Shown in pieces: positions 18,579-28,821 of a DNA stretch of 64,000 nucleotides; positions within the stretch are counted from its first letter, which is position 1, and each line of letters begins with the position of its first letter. A program made the translations under genes and the position numbers. Source of the DNA: Chloroflexota bacterium. Its GTDB lineage: Bacteria; Chloroflexota; UBA11872; VXOZ01. The stretch covers positions 576,001 to 640,000 of the forward strand of contig CAXXVD010000003.1 in assembly GCA_963662335.2 (NCBI GenBank), read 5' to 3'. The notes beneath the pieces are model-generated. The model was not told the origin of the DNA and did no database searches. It worked only from the letters and a program-made list of their open reading frames with translations.

Positions 18579-19352
18579 ATGCTCGCTACCGACGAACTCG
18601 CCCGCCTCTATGACTTGGAATACGACGATTGGCACGAGGATGCCGCGTTCTGGCAGAGCCTGGCGGCGCGGACGGGCGGGCCAATCGTCGAGTTTGGCTG
18701 TGGCACGGCCCGCGCGTTGGCCCCGCTGGCGCAATGCGGCTACGACGTGATCGGCGTCGATTCCTCCCAGCCCATGCTGGCCAGGGCCTCTGAGCGGTTC
18801 CGCGCCTACGACGTCCCGGCCGCGCAGTTCCGGCTTCTGCAACAACCCATGGAGTCCGCCACGCTCCCTATCTCTGGGCAAGCGCGCCTCGTATTTTCGG
18901 CGCTCAACGCCTTTGCGCACCTGGCCACGCCGCAGCAGCAATCCCAGGCGCTGGACGCCGCCCACCGCATGATGCATCCTGACGGACTGCTGGCGCTCGA
19001 CCTCTTCAATCCCATAACCCAGGAGTACGGCCTGCGCGACCGCATGGTCACCTTGCGCAATGTGCTGGCGGACCCCCGGACCGGCGCGCCCATTCAGCAG
19101 TTCGAAATATGGGAAGTAGACCGCGCTGCGCAGGTGGCGCACACCACCTATCTCTACGACCACTTGCAGACCGACGGCTCCATACGCCGGGTGACGACGA
19201 CGTTTCCCATGCGCTACTCGTACCGCTACGAGATCGAAGCGCAACTGGCGCACGCCAACTTCGCGGTGGAGAACGTCTTTGGCTCATACGAGGCCGACCC
19301 GTTTACGGGCACGGAGGAGAAGATGATCTTCGTCGCCCGGCCGCGAGGGTAG
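18579..19352 (+). CDS. Class I SAM-dependent methyltransferase
   Basis: IVEFGCGTAR motif I, GVD.S..ML, PDGLLALD. Confidence 0.9.
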   Translation: MLATDELARLYDLEYDDWHEDAAFWQSLAARTGGPIVEFGCGTARALAPLAQCGYDVIGVDSSQPMLARASERFRAYDVPAAQFRLLQQPMESATLPISGQARLVFSALNAFAHLATPQQQSQALDAAHRMMHPDGLLALDLFNPITQEYGLRDRMVTLRNVLADPRTGAPIQQFEIWEVDRAAQVAHTTYLYDHLQTDGSIRRVTTTFPMRYSYRYEIEAQLAHANFAVENVFGSYEADPFTGTEEKMIFVARPRG

Positions 19353-19394
19353 GCGGCGCTGTAGTATCCGGTGGTTCACATGCCGCCCCCGGCA

Positions 19395-19420
19395 GTCATT
19401 CCGAGCGCAGCGAGGAATCT
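19395..19420 (+). repeat. REP-like palindrome GTCATTCCGAGCGCAGCGAGGAATCT
   Basis: Identical copies at 20544 and 37089. Confidence 0.8.
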
Positions 19421-19628
19421 CGCGCCCAGCGCGGAGACTCTTCTGCAGTGCCGCCGCGACCGAAAAGCGCGCATCTAGGGCCGCGCCTCACACCATCGGT
19501 AGGCAGGTTTGAGGCCTGAACCACCACTGTTCGCGCTGGCGCCATTGTGAACAGGCTTGCCAGACGTGCTATTCTGAGTGAGAGTTTTCCCATTACACGC
19601 AACACGACTCTTGTAGAGTGAAGGCTCC

Positions 19629-20507
19629 ATGGCAACGACCCTGGAACGCAAACCGGACTGGATCCGCGTCCGCTGGAAAGAAGGCGACCAGTACCGCGAA
19701 CTCAAGCAGATCATGCGCGGCATGGACCTGCACACGGTCTGCGAGGAGGCGCGCTGCCCGAACATCAGCGAGTGCTGGAATTCGCGCACGGCCACCTTCA
19801 TGATTCTCGGCGATACCTGCACCCGCGCGTGCAGTTTCTGCGCGGTGAAGAGCGGACGTCCCGCCGGCCTGGACAAGATCGAGCCCATCCGCGTGGCCTG
19901 GGCCGTGAAGCAAATGGGGTTGCGCCACGCCGTCATAACCTCTGTGGCGCGGGACGATTTAGAAGACGGCGGCGCGCAGGTTTTTTCCGAGACGATCCGC
20001 AAGGTGCGCGAACTCAACCCGGATTGCTCCATCGAGGTGCTCATTCCCGACCTGGGCGGCAAGCGCGACGCCCTGCAGGAGCTCGTGGCCGCCAAGCCGG
20101 AAATCCTGAACCACAACGTGGAGACCGTGCCCCGCCTGCAACGCCGGGTGCGCCCCAAAGCCCGCTACGAACGCAGCCACTGGGTGCTGCGCACCGCCAA
20201 GCAACTCGATCCGGACATCCTCACCAAGTCCGGCATGATGCTGGGCCTGGGCGAGACCTGGGATGAAATCCTGCAAACCCTCACCGACATGGCCGCCACC
20301 GGCGTGGACATCTTCACCATCGGCCAGTACCTGCGCCCCTCAAAGAAGCACCAGAAACTGGAACGCTACTACCGCCCCGCGGAATTCGCCGAACTCAAGC
20401 AAATCGGCGAGTCCCTCGGCATCCGCCACGTCGAATCCGGCCCCCTCGTCCGCTCCTCCTACCACGCCCGCGACCAGGTGGAGACCCTGCACGACAAGGC
20501 AGAGTAG
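19629..20507 (+). CDS. lipA: Lipoyl synthase
   Basis: [12 protein letters not shown] auxiliary cluster, CTRACSFC radical-SAM motif, RSSY. Confidence 0.98.
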   Translation: MATTLERKPDWIRVRWKEGDQYRELKQIMRGMDLHTVCEEARCPNISECWNSRTATFMILGDTCTRACSFCAVKSGRPAGLDKIEPIRVAWAVKQMGLRHAVITSVARDDLEDGGAQVFSETIRKVRELNPDCSIEVLIPDLGGKRDALQELVAAKPEILNHNVETVPRLQRRVRPKARYERSHWVLRTAKQLDPDILTKSGMMLGLGETWDEILQTLTDMAATGVDIFTIGQYLRPSKKHQKLERYYRPAEFAELKQIGESLGIRHVESGPLVRSSYHARDQVETLHDKAE

Positions 20508-20543
20508 CCAACCTTGTCGGAGACGTCGCTCCGCGCTCAACGT

Positions 20544-20569
20544 GTCATTCCGAGCGCAGCGAGGAATCT
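20544..20569 (+). repeat. REP-like palindrome GTCATTCCGAGCGCAGCGAGGAATCT
   Basis: Direct reading downstream of lipA. Confidence 0.8.
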
Positions 20570-20632
20570 CGTGTGTAGGTTAAGCCTAAGTGCACAGGTG
20601 TTCTTTGGGCCACATCCGCTCGGCAGGACGCC

Positions 20633-21382
20633 ATGACACAATGGTTCGAGGACGAATCGCTCTGGATTGACACCTATCCGTGCATGTTTTCCCCGGCGCG
20701 CATCGCCGCCGCTGCGGAGGAGGTCGAGCCGCTACTACGGCTTGTTGGGGGAAAGCCGAAGTCAATCCTTGATCTCTGCTGCGGGCCGGGGCGGTTTGCC
20801 ATTCCCTTGGCGCAGCGCGGCTTGCGCGTCACCGGCGTGGACCGGACGGCGTTCTTGCTCGAAAAGGCCAGAGAACAGGCGGCCGCTGCGGACGTTGAGG
20901 TCGAATGGGTCCAAGACGACATGCGCACGTTCGTGCGGCCGGGGGCGTTCGACCTCGCCCTCAGTATGTTCACGTCATTCGGCTACTTCGACGACGAAGA
21001 AGACGACCTAACGGTGCTGCGCAACATCCACGAGAGCCTGCGCCCCGGCGGCGCGCTGGTGATGGACGTGGTGGGCAAGGAACTCGTGGCGCAAGCGTTC
21101 AAGCCCGCCGTCTCCCGCAAGCATCCGGACGGCGCCGTGGTGATCGACCGCCGCGAAGTCTATGCCGACTGGACCCGCGTGCGCATGGAGTGGACGCTCA
21201 TCCGGGGCGATTCCGTGCGCATGTACACCGTCCACCACACAGTCTACTCAGGGCAGGAACTCAAGGACCGCTTCACGACCGCCGGCTTTGCGGACGTGAA
21301 GCTCTACGGCAGCACGGACGGCGCCCCCTACGACCGCCAGGCCGAGCGCCTCATCGCCATTGGCCGCAAGCCCACTGCATGA
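20633..21382 (+). CDS. Class I SAM-dependent methyltransferase
   Basis: ILDLCCGPGR, TGVD, QDDMR, FTSFGYF, LRPGG. Confidence 0.92.
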   Translation: MTQWFEDESLWIDTYPCMFSPARIAAAAEEVEPLLRLVGGKPKSILDLCCGPGRFAIPLAQRGLRVTGVDRTAFLLEKAREQAAAADVEVEWVQDDMRTFVRPGAFDLALSMFTSFGYFDDEEDDLTVLRNIHESLRPGGALVMDVVGKELVAQAFKPAVSRKHPDGAVVIDRREVYADWTRVRMEWTLIRGDSVRMYTVHHTVYSGQELKDRFTTAGFADVKLYGSTDGAPYDRQAERLIAIGRKPTA

Positions 21383-21613
21383 GTTTGGTGGGCTGTTGTC
21401 CAGCGCACGGCAATGCACATACAGTCTTACTGTCATAATCTGCCTATATTTCCATATGGGAAGCGCCCCGTCCCGAACGCCATGCGATAATGGACTCAAC
21501 CCTTACGTGCGGCGCGTAGTGGCGCTATCCAATGTATGAGGCGAAGCTCTGGCGCGCAGCACTGTTTCTCGCACCGAACAGAGCGATGGCTTTCACGTGT
21601 GGGAGGGAGCAAG

Positions 21614-21934
21614 TTGGCACAGCAGATGCAGGCCACACCGCAAATCCCGGTGCCGCGGGAGCAGATTGCCGTGATCTGCCGCCGGTACCACATTCGCACC
21701 TTGGCGCTTTTCGGCTCCGTGTTGCGGGATGACTTCACAGCCGAAAGCGACGTTGACGTGCTGGTGGAGTTCGAGCCGGGACGGACGCCGGGGTTCTTCA
21801 CGCTGGCCCGCATTGAGCGGGAGCTTTCGCCGCTCCTAGGTGGGCGTAAAGTAGACGTTCGCACTCCGCAAGATCTATCCCGATACTTCCGTAGCGAAGT
21901 AGTCAATTCGGCATATCCGGTCTATGGAGACTAA
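21614..21934 (+). CDS. Minimal nucleotidyltransferase antitoxin (MntA-like)
   Basis: GS-X10-DXD (GSVLRDDFTAESDVD); start TTG 21614 after GGGAGG, or ATG 21626. Confidence 0.9.
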   Translation: MAQQMQATPQIPVPREQIAVICRRYHIRTLALFGSVLRDDFTAESDVDVLVEFEPGRTPGFFTLARIERELSPLLGGRKVDVRTPQDLSRYFRSEVVNSAYPVYGD

Positions 21935-22256
21935 TGACAGTGCGCGGCTGCGCCACATGCTGGAGGCGGCGCAAGAAGCGCTTGAATTCACTCAAGACGC
22001 CACGCGCGAGGACCTGGACTCGAGTCCCTTGTTGAAGCACGCGCTCGTATACTGCCTGCTCATCGTCGGCGAGGCGGCGCGGAATGTCTCTCCGGAGACC
22101 CGCCGTGCGTATCCTGCCATCCCGTGGCAAGACATCATCGGCATGCGCAACAGACTCGTTCACGTCTACTTTGACATCAACCTCGATGTCGTCTGGCAGA
22201 CCGTGCAAGAGGACTTGCCGCCGCTGATCGATGAACTAGAGAAGCCTCAATCGTGA
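21924..22256 (+). CDS. HEPN/DUF86 ribonuclease toxin (HepT-like)
   Basis: IVGEAA, IPW..I.GMRNRLVHVY (RX4HXY); overlaps the MNT gene. Confidence 0.92.
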   Translation: METNDSARLRHMLEAAQEALEFTQDATREDLDSSPLLKHALVYCLLIVGEAARNVSPETRRAYPAIPWQDIIGMRNRLVHVYFDINLDVVWQTVQEDLPPLIDELEKPQS

Positions 22257-23026
22257 ATGCCGGATCGGCCGCTCCGCAGCCCCACCCGTGTGCCCTGATA
22301 CAACTCGGCACGGCGCCGTACCGCACGGCGTGGGAGTTGCAGCGCCGCTTGGTGGCCGCGCGGCACGCGGGCGCTATCCCCGACGTTGTGCTGCTGCTGG
22401 AGCATCCGCACACCTACACGCTCGGCCGCCGGGGTGACGACAGCGAGGTACTCGCCTCGCCGTCGCATCTGCGCGCGCTGGGCGCGGAAGTGGTGGCAGT
22501 AGATCGCGGCGGGCTGGCGACCTATCACGGACCGGGGCAATTGGTGGGGTATCCCATCCTGGACCTGCGCCCGCGCGATCGCGACGCGCGCCGCTACTTG
22601 CGTGACCTGGAAGGGGCGCTCATCAACACGTTGCGGGAGTGCGGCATAGCGGCACGGCGCGTGGAGCGGATGACGGGCGTGTGGGTGGCCGACCGCAAGA
22701 TCGCCTCGATCGGCGTGCGCTTCAGCCGCTGGATCACCAGCCACGGCTTCGCCCTCAACGTCACCACCGACCTCAGCTACTTCGACCACATCGTGCCGTG
22801 CGGCATGCCCGCGGTCACGATGACGTCTGTTGCGCGAGAACTCGGTTCTGCGCGGCATGAGACGCGCGCGCATGCAGTTGGGGTAACCGACATGGCTCGC
22901 CTCCGCGCCCGCGTGGCGCACCACTTGGCGCAGGTCTTCTCGCTCCATTACCTCGATGATTTCCCTCCCGAATTGGACAAAGCCCTTGCTATGGGCCATG
23001 CAGACCCAGTGGCAGCGCTCCGGTAG
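22253..23026 (+). CDS. lipB: Octanoyltransferase
   Basis: EHPHTYTLGR, DRGG..TYHGPGQLVGY, KIASIG, HGFALNV, IVPCG. Confidence 0.96.
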   Translation: MNAGSAAPQPHPCALIQLGTAPYRTAWELQRRLVAARHAGAIPDVVLLLEHPHTYTLGRRGDDSEVLASPSHLRALGAEVVAVDRGGLATYHGPGQLVGYPILDLRPRDRDARRYLRDLEGALINTLRECGIAARRVERMTGVWVADRKIASIGVRFSRWITSHGFALNVTTDLSYFDHIVPCGMPAVTMTSVARELGSARHETRAHAVGVTDMARLRARVAHHLAQVFSLHYLDDFPPELDKALAMGHADPVAALR

Positions 23027-23259
23027 ACGTTACCGCTACAAGACCGGAAGCTCGACGAAGGGCATCGCTTGGCCGGTTGCAGTCGTCGAGAGCCTCTCGC
23101 TCCAATCCACGAGCGGCTCACTGCGCAAGTCTCGGAATTGCACAGAGGCGGATTGCAGGCAGAAAACTGACTTGCCCGCAGCCGCCAAGCGGAGTACACT
23201 TGCGCTCAATACGGCGAATGCAACCAGACCGTCCCGCACCGGCCCACTAAGCGCAGCCC

Positions 23260-24495
23260 ATGGCATCCACGACCCAGCCGACACGCTCAAACCTCTACGC
23301 CGTTACCTGGGTTGCCATGTCCGCCTTCTTCGTCATCCTCTTCTTTAACGTGGGGGCCGGCAATCCGCCGCGCGCGCAATTGCCGGTCTACGTGGAAAGC
23401 GAATTGGCCGCGGCGCCAATCGTCACCTCGATAGTCCAATCCACGTTTCACATCGTCTTTGCGGCCATGCTGCTGGTGGGCGGCTTTCTGGCCGATCGGT
23501 TTCGTCCCAAGCGCACCTTCATCATTGGCTTGCTCACGCCGGCGGTGGCCGGATTCTTGCTGATTGCGCAGGAAGTCTGGCTGCTCGCGCTCGTGGCCGC
23601 GCTCACCGGCACGTTCTTCGCTTTCCACGCCGCCGGCAGCCGGGCCTACCTCGTGCTGGCGGTGCCGCTCAAGCGGATGGGGGTGCTGGGTAACCTGTAT
23701 GAACTTGGCTTCACCTTGGGCGCGGCCATTGGGAACGCCGCGGTTGGCTTTGTCGCCGCCCGTTCCGGTTTCCCTCTCGCCGGCGCAATCATCGTCGTCA
23801 TGGGTTTGGTCACCGCCCTGGCCGCGCAAATCTGGCTGCCGCCGGTCGCGCCCAAGGTCGTGAGCGCCGCTCCCGTCACTCTGGGCAGCTATTGGCAGTT
23901 GGCGCGGCGGCGCTCCGTGCAACTCTTGCTCCTGCTGCGCGGCCTGCCGACGATCTATTGGGCTACCGGGCAATTGGTGATCGGAATCCAACTCCTGCGG
24001 CTTACGGGGTCTCCGGTTGCGCCGGCGCTCTTCTACGCGGTGAGCCTGCTGGCAATCGGCACGACCATGATGCCGGTGGGTTGGGCCGCCGACCGGTGGG
24101 GCAGCGGCTTGCCGGTGCTCGCGTCTACCGTGCTCGTAATCATTGGGGCGGTATTGGCGGCCATCTTCGTCAACCATGTCTGGGGCCTGGTCTGTGGAGC
24201 TTTCGTTGGACACCTGGGCGCGTGGTGGCTCTCCGGCCTCTTTCCGCTCCTGGTCGCCGAAAGCGGCACGCACGATGAACAGGGCCGCCTCGTGGCCGTC
24301 ACGGAAATGGCGTGGAACATTGGCGCGGTGATAGGCGCTTTGGGAGCCGGGGCGCTCCTGTCCGTCCATCTCAGCGGGCCGTTCCTGGCGGCGGCGTGGC
24401 TGAATATCCCCACGTTCTTCATTGCCATGCTCGTGGCGGGCGGCGGGCACCGGTCCGCCGCACCCGCGCCGGCGGCCGCGGGCGAAACCGCGTAA
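23260..24495 (+). CDS. MFS transporter
   Basis: About 12 TM helices; GFLADRF and GWAADRWG motif-A repeats. Confidence 0.9.
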   Translation: MASTTQPTRSNLYAVTWVAMSAFFVILFFNVGAGNPPRAQLPVYVESELAAAPIVTSIVQSTFHIVFAAMLLVGGFLADRFRPKRTFIIGLLTPAVAGFLLIAQEVWLLALVAALTGTFFAFHAAGSRAYLVLAVPLKRMGVLGNLYELGFTLGAAIGNAAVGFVAARSGFPLAGAIIVVMGLVTALAAQIWLPPVAPKVVSAAPVTLGSYWQLARRRSVQLLLLLRGLPTIYWATGQLVIGIQLLRLTGSPVAPALFYAVSLLAIGTTMMPVGWAADRWGSGLPVLASTVLVIIGAVLAAIFVNHVWGLVCGAFVGHLGAWWLSGLFPLLVAESGTHDEQGRLVAVTEMAWNIGAVIGALGAGALLSVHLSGPFLAAAWLNIPTFFIAMLVAGGGHRSAAPAPAAAGETA

Positions 24496-24528
24496 GGCAC
24501 ACAGCAGTCTAGGAAGCAGGTACGCTAA

Positions 24529-25773
24529 ATGGTTGCAGGTTTGCGCGCGCGCATGGGCCGGTTCGCCTCATGGCGCTCGGTATTGATCATGTTCGGCCTG
24601 CTCTTTCTCAACCTGACCTTCACGAGTCCGGCGCAGGGCTTGATACCGGTCTTCGTTGAAAAGGTACTGGAACGCCCGCCCTTCTTTACCTCGATTGTTG
24701 TCTCGCTGCACACGGTCGTTTACGGCGCGATGCTCTTGGTGGGCGGCGTGTTGGCCGACCGGCTGGGGGCAAAGTGGACGCTCGTGCTGGGATTCTGCGG
24801 GGCGATCGCCGTGGGTCTCATGTTGGGATTGCAGTCGCCGTGGTGGCTGCTCATCATCGCGCCGGTCTACGGCCTGCTCTTCTCGCTCATGACCATCGGC
24901 AGCCGTACCTATCTCGCGCGCGCCCTGCCCTTGGTGCAAATGGGCATCGGCGGCGCGCTCTACTTCTTGTGCCTCACGATATCCATGGCGGTAGGCAGCG
25001 CGCTTGGCGGCAGGATCGCCGATACGGCGGGTTTTGCCACCTTGGGCGTGATTGCCATCGTCGCCGGCATCGTGCTCGTGCCGCTGACCGCTTGGCTCTT
25101 GCCTTCCGTAGAGGCACAAACCGAGGACTCGGAGTCCGGTGAAGATGCGCCGGCAAGCAAGGCGGCGTTTGCGGACTACGTGGGCATGTTGCGCGACTCG
25201 CGCATCCTCTCCCTCTGCGGCCTGCGCTTCTGCGCTACGTATTTCTACGGCACCATGAATTTGCTTTTGGTGCTGCAGATCTTTCGGCTCACGGATTCGG
25301 TCACGTTCGTCGGCCTGTACGGCAGCGCGATTCTGTTCATCATCGGGCCGACCCAGCTTGTGATCGGCTGGGCGGCGGACAAACACGGCCGCGCCGCGCC
25401 GGTGCGCCTGGCAGCCGTGTTCGTGCTGAGCGGCGCCGTGCTCATTACGCTCTTCATCAACCACGTCTGGGCGCTGGCCGCCAGCGGCCTGCTGGCCAAC
25501 ATGGGCGCGTGGTGGTTCTCAGGGCTCTATCCCAAGCTGGTGGCGGAGGCCGGCCCGGCGGAGGAACAGGGACGCCTCATTGCCATCACCGAGTTCTTCT
25601 GGGCGGTGGGCATCCTGGCGGGCACCCTCATCTCCGGCGCGCTGGTGTCGGTCTTCCTGCGGCTGCCCTTCATCGTCTGCATACTGGTGACGATTCCGAT
25701 GTTCCTGCTGGCCATGCTGGTGGCCCGCGGCTACCACCGACCGCCTGAGAGAAAGACCGGCGCCGAAAGTTGA
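24529..25773 (+). CDS. MFS transporter (paralog of upstream gene)
   Basis: GVLADRLG and GWAADKHG; shares GAWW.SGL and EQGRL.A.TE with the upstream MFS. Confidence 0.9.
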   Translation: MVAGLRARMGRFASWRSVLIMFGLLFLNLTFTSPAQGLIPVFVEKVLERPPFFTSIVVSLHTVVYGAMLLVGGVLADRLGAKWTLVLGFCGAIAVGLMLGLQSPWWLLIIAPVYGLLFSLMTIGSRTYLARALPLVQMGIGGALYFLCLTISMAVGSALGGRIADTAGFATLGVIAIVAGIVLVPLTAWLLPSVEAQTEDSESGEDAPASKAAFADYVGMLRDSRILSLCGLRFCATYFYGTMNLLLVLQIFRLTDSVTFVGLYGSAILFIIGPTQLVIGWAADKHGRAAPVRLAAVFVLSGAVLITLFINHVWALAASGLLANMGAWWFSGLYPKLVAEAGPAEEQGRLIAITEFFWAVGILAGTLISGALVSVFLRLPFIVCILVTIPMFLLAMLVARGYHRPPERKTGAES

Positions 25774-25786
25774 TTAGTTTGATTCA

Positions 25787-25989
25787 TTGACAGCGTAGTC
25801 GGCTGCTGTAAGGAGGCTTGGCAACCGCGTGCAGACCCTCACCGTCGCCATCTGCTCTCGGCGCCGGCGCAGGAGCGGCTCGTAGGCGCTGATCTTGAGG
25901 ATGCGACCGTAATGGCGGCAGCAACCAGGCCTACTCACGACTGAAGGGTTTCACTGGCATCGGTGCTCCCTCACGACTAGCTGTTTCAA
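25787..25989. ncRNA. Candidate structured non-coding RNA or long imperfect inverted repeat (about 200 nt)
   Basis: Nested complementary blocks found by eye (see findings); family not identified. Confidence 0.3.
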
Positions 25990-26079
25990 CTCCCCACCTC
26001 CTTCCTCTCTACGGCAATATACAGAGGTATGCGCTATTCTGGGACAGTCTCCACAGGGAGAGGTAAGGAGATTCCTCAA

Positions 26080-26724
26080 GTGACGCAAACACGGGAAGAT
26101 CCCGCCCGCTGGCTCATCGTTGGGCTGGGAAACCCGGAGAAGAAATACGCCGCCAACCGGCACAACGTCGGGTTCTGCGTGCTTGACCGGCTCGCGGCCG
26201 AGGCCGGCGTCTCCATCACGGACCGGCGCTTTCAAGGATGGTTCGGCCGGGCGGCCGTGGGGCGGCATGCCCTGCTGCTCCTGAAGCCGGCGACGTTCAT
26301 GAACGCCAGCGGCGGCGCGGCGGCCCAGGCGGCGCGGTTCTACAAGATCCCGCCGGCGCAGGTCGTGGTGGTCTACGACGACATCGACCTGGAGTTCGCG
26401 CGGTTGCGCCTCCGCGCTGGGGGCAGCCACGGCGGGCATCGCGGCGTCGAATCCGTCATCGACGCGCTGGGCACACGCGACTTTCTGCGCCTGCGGGTCG
26501 GCGTGGGGCGTCCGCCGGCGGGCATGGATCCGATTGCCCACGTGCTCAGCGACTTCTCGGCGACAGAACAGCCGGCAATCGAGAAGACGCTAGAGGAGGC
26601 GGTGGAGGCGGCGTTGAGCCTCGTCATGGATGGTTTAGAGAAGACCATGACCCACTTTAACCGCCGCGCGGCGGCCGTCGCTCAGCCAAGCGCGTGCAAG
26701 GAGCCGCAAGCGGCTCAGCAGTGA
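26080..26724 (+). CDS. pth: Peptidyl-tRNA hydrolase
   Basis: LIVGLGNP..KY..NRHNVGF, KP.TFMN.SG, YDDID, GGH.G; GTG start after AAGGAG. Confidence 0.97.
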   Translation: MTQTREDPARWLIVGLGNPEKKYAANRHNVGFCVLDRLAAEAGVSITDRRFQGWFGRAAVGRHALLLLKPATFMNASGGAAAQAARFYKIPPAQVVVVYDDIDLEFARLRLRAGGSHGGHRGVESVIDALGTRDFLRLRVGVGRPPAGMDPIAHVLSDFSATEQPAIEKTLEEAVEAALSLVMDGLEKTMTHFNRRAAAVAQPSACKEPQAAQQ

Positions 26725-26812
26725 ACGGGCGCCTGTTTGCGCTGCGCCGTGATTGCGCGAGGGATATCGCAATCGAATCCGTCATGGCCATGAAAACAGC
26801 GCAACTGAGTCC

Positions 26813-26882
26813 GTCATTCCCGCGAAAGCGGGAATCCATCGGCAGGGCGGCGAAGATGGATTCCCGCTTTCGCGGGAATGAC
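26813..26882. repeat. Inverted REP doublet GTCATTCCCGCGAAAGCGGGAATCC
   Basis: Perfect inverted pair; degenerate extra half at about 26900-26917. Confidence 0.85.
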
Positions 26883-27091
26883 GGATCGGCGGGCGGCCCC
26901 GCATTCGCGAGAATGACGGACCGGAAGCCGACACTCGCATTCGCCCGGCACGACACTGAGAGTAGACGCGCACAAGCGCAGGGGCGGTTCGTTCAACCGC
27001 CCCTGCGCTTGTGATTGTTGGACTTCCGTGCTTGGCGTGAAGTAGTCATGCCGCGCGCAATACAGGCGCGCCGCGTTCACGCTGCCGGTCT

Positions 27092-28471
27092 CTAGCCAAA
27101 CTCAGCGATGAAGTCGTCCATCGCCGTTTGCGCCTGCTCCTCGAACGTGCGCATACCCTCGGCGACCGTGACCTCATTGCGCATGATCGCCTGCAAGTTC
27201 CTGCTGGTGATCGGCAGGATGTCACCCGCGCCGGGCACGCTCACGACGAAGCGCGCGCCCACCATCACGTCGATGGCCAGCTTGCGCAGTTTGTCGTCGC
27301 CAATGTACGCATCGCTCTGGGCAACGCTATTACGCACCGGGATGCGGTCCATGGCAATCGACCAGCGCAGGTTGACGTCCGCGCCGTACATGAAGTCGGC
27401 CCAGGCGAAACCGCCGTCGGGGTTGCTGCTGCCGTTGGGCAGGCAGAACGCCCAGTCGCCGGAATAGGTGGCCGGCAGGGCCGTGCTGGGATCCAGCGCC
27501 GGGTATGGCCCAAAGTCGTAGTCGAGGCCTTCGGCGTAAGGACCGAGGGAGGCACGGGTAGCATTGGTCAGATACATGTAGGTATTGCCGCCGCTGCCGT
27601 ACTCCTGCAAGCGGTTCTCAAACGTGCCGTGGAACTCGCGCACCTTGTCGTAACCGCCCTGGCTGTCCAGGACTTTCTTGAGCCAATCCACGGTGTTGAT
27701 CGCCATGTCGTTGTTGACCTGGATCTTGGTCCGGTCCGGGCTGAGCATCTCGCCGCCCTGCTGCCAGTAGCCGACCATCCAGGTGTGGATGCCGCCGGAG
27801 CCGCGGAACGGGTCCCAGCCGAGACGGGCGATGTTGTCGCCCTCGACCTTGTGTACCTTGAGCAGCGCCTCGTCCATCTCTTCCCGCGAGGCCGGCGGGG
27901 TCTCGGGATCGAGGCCGGCTTCCAGCGAGTGGTCCACGTTCAGATAGATGACGCGGGCGTCGATGCTATAGCTGATGCCGTAGGTCTGGCCGGCCCACTG
28001 CATGGCCTCGTACTTGCCCGGCCAGAGATCGTCCAACGGCACGTTGGCCGAGGCGGCGATGTAGGCGTCCATCGGCCGCACGAGTTCCAGCAGACCCCAT
28101 TGGGGCTGGATGTAGGACTGGGTCTTGGAGTTGTCGGGCGCAACACCCGCCGCCACCACGGTGGGAATGTCGCCAAAACCGCCGTTGCCGCGAATGAGCG
28201 GCACCAACGTGTAGTTGGTGGTCTCGTCGAATTCCGCGCGGATCTGCATGGGAATCTCTTCGCGGTCGAAATTCCACGGATCAAAGCCGGTGTACCAGAA
28301 GACCACCGGCGACTTCTCCATGGACGGCGCCCCGGCCTCTTCCTTGGCTTCCGGCGCGGCCTCTTCCGCCATGTCTCCGGTGCCGGCTGCCGCGCCGCAG
28401 GCCGCGAGCAGCGCACCCGCGCCGGTTACGGCGGCCGCGCCGAGGAATTGTCGTCTGGACAGTGATGCCAT
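27092..28471 (-). CDS. ABC transporter sugar-type solute-binding lipoprotein (Tat signal), copy 1
   Basis: SRRQFL Tat motif plus LAAC lipobox; YGI....DA..IYLN.D...EAGLDP family-1 SBP pattern. Confidence 0.9.
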   Translation of the reverse strand: MASLSRRQFLGAAAVTGAGALLAACGAAAGTGDMAEEAAPEAKEEAGAPSMEKSPVVFWYTGFDPWNFDREEIPMQIRAEFDETTNYTLVPLIRGNGGFGDIPTVVAAGVAPDNSKTQSYIQPQWGLLELVRPMDAYIAASANVPLDDLWPGKYEAMQWAGQTYGISYSIDARVIYLNVDHSLEAGLDPETPPASREEMDEALLKVHKVEGDNIARLGWDPFRGSGGIHTWMVGYWQQGGEMLSPDRTKIQVNNDMAINTVDWLKKVLDSQGGYDKVREFHGTFENRLQEYGSGGNTYMYLTNATRASLGPYAEGLDYDFGPYPALDPSTALPATYSGDWAFCLPNGSSNPDGGFAWADFMYGADVNLRWSIAMDRIPVRNSVAQSDAYIGDDKLRKLAIDVMVGARFVVSVPGAGDILPITSRNLQAIMRNEVTVAEGMRTFEEQAQTAMDDFIAEFG

Positions 28472-28598
28472 TGCGTTCCCCCTCCTGGGTAGAGAACTAC
28501 TCTCGAACTCTCTCTGCATTCTCTAGCAATAGGCGCGCGCTCCGCGGTGGTTTCCTCCACCGCCAATGCGCACGTCTCACCAGGAATGCTTGGTAGTA

Positions 28599-28628
28599 AT
28601 TCTAGACACATAGTCCGTCAATTTGCAA
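28599..28628 (-). promoter_or_regulatory. Promoter TTGCAA-18-TAGAAT of SBP copy 1
   Basis: CTTGCAAATTGACG...TAGAATT conserved upstream of both duplicated genes while flanks diverge. Confidence 0.6.
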
Positions 28629-28821
28629 GACTCTGCAACGGAAATGTCTCGCCAAAGATCGCCTCATGCAGGCGGCGGCACGCTTCGTTCAAAAGCAAAA
28701 CCAGCGTGCCCAGGGTCTTTGCGACCCGTAGACACGCCAGTTCATGTCTGACTGCGAGCGGTGGAGAGAGAATTCGCGCCTGACGAATTTCAGCGCCAAT
28801 TCCTCACGTCACTGTCAGTGT

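Noticed and set aside
25774-25989. Selenoprotein by UGA read-through (MKQLVVREHRCQ-U-NPSVV...; frame open to TAA at 25774)
   Set aside because: The nearest hairpin loop is only about 9 nt after the UGA, there is no CxxU motif, and an open frame of this length is unremarkable at this GC content.
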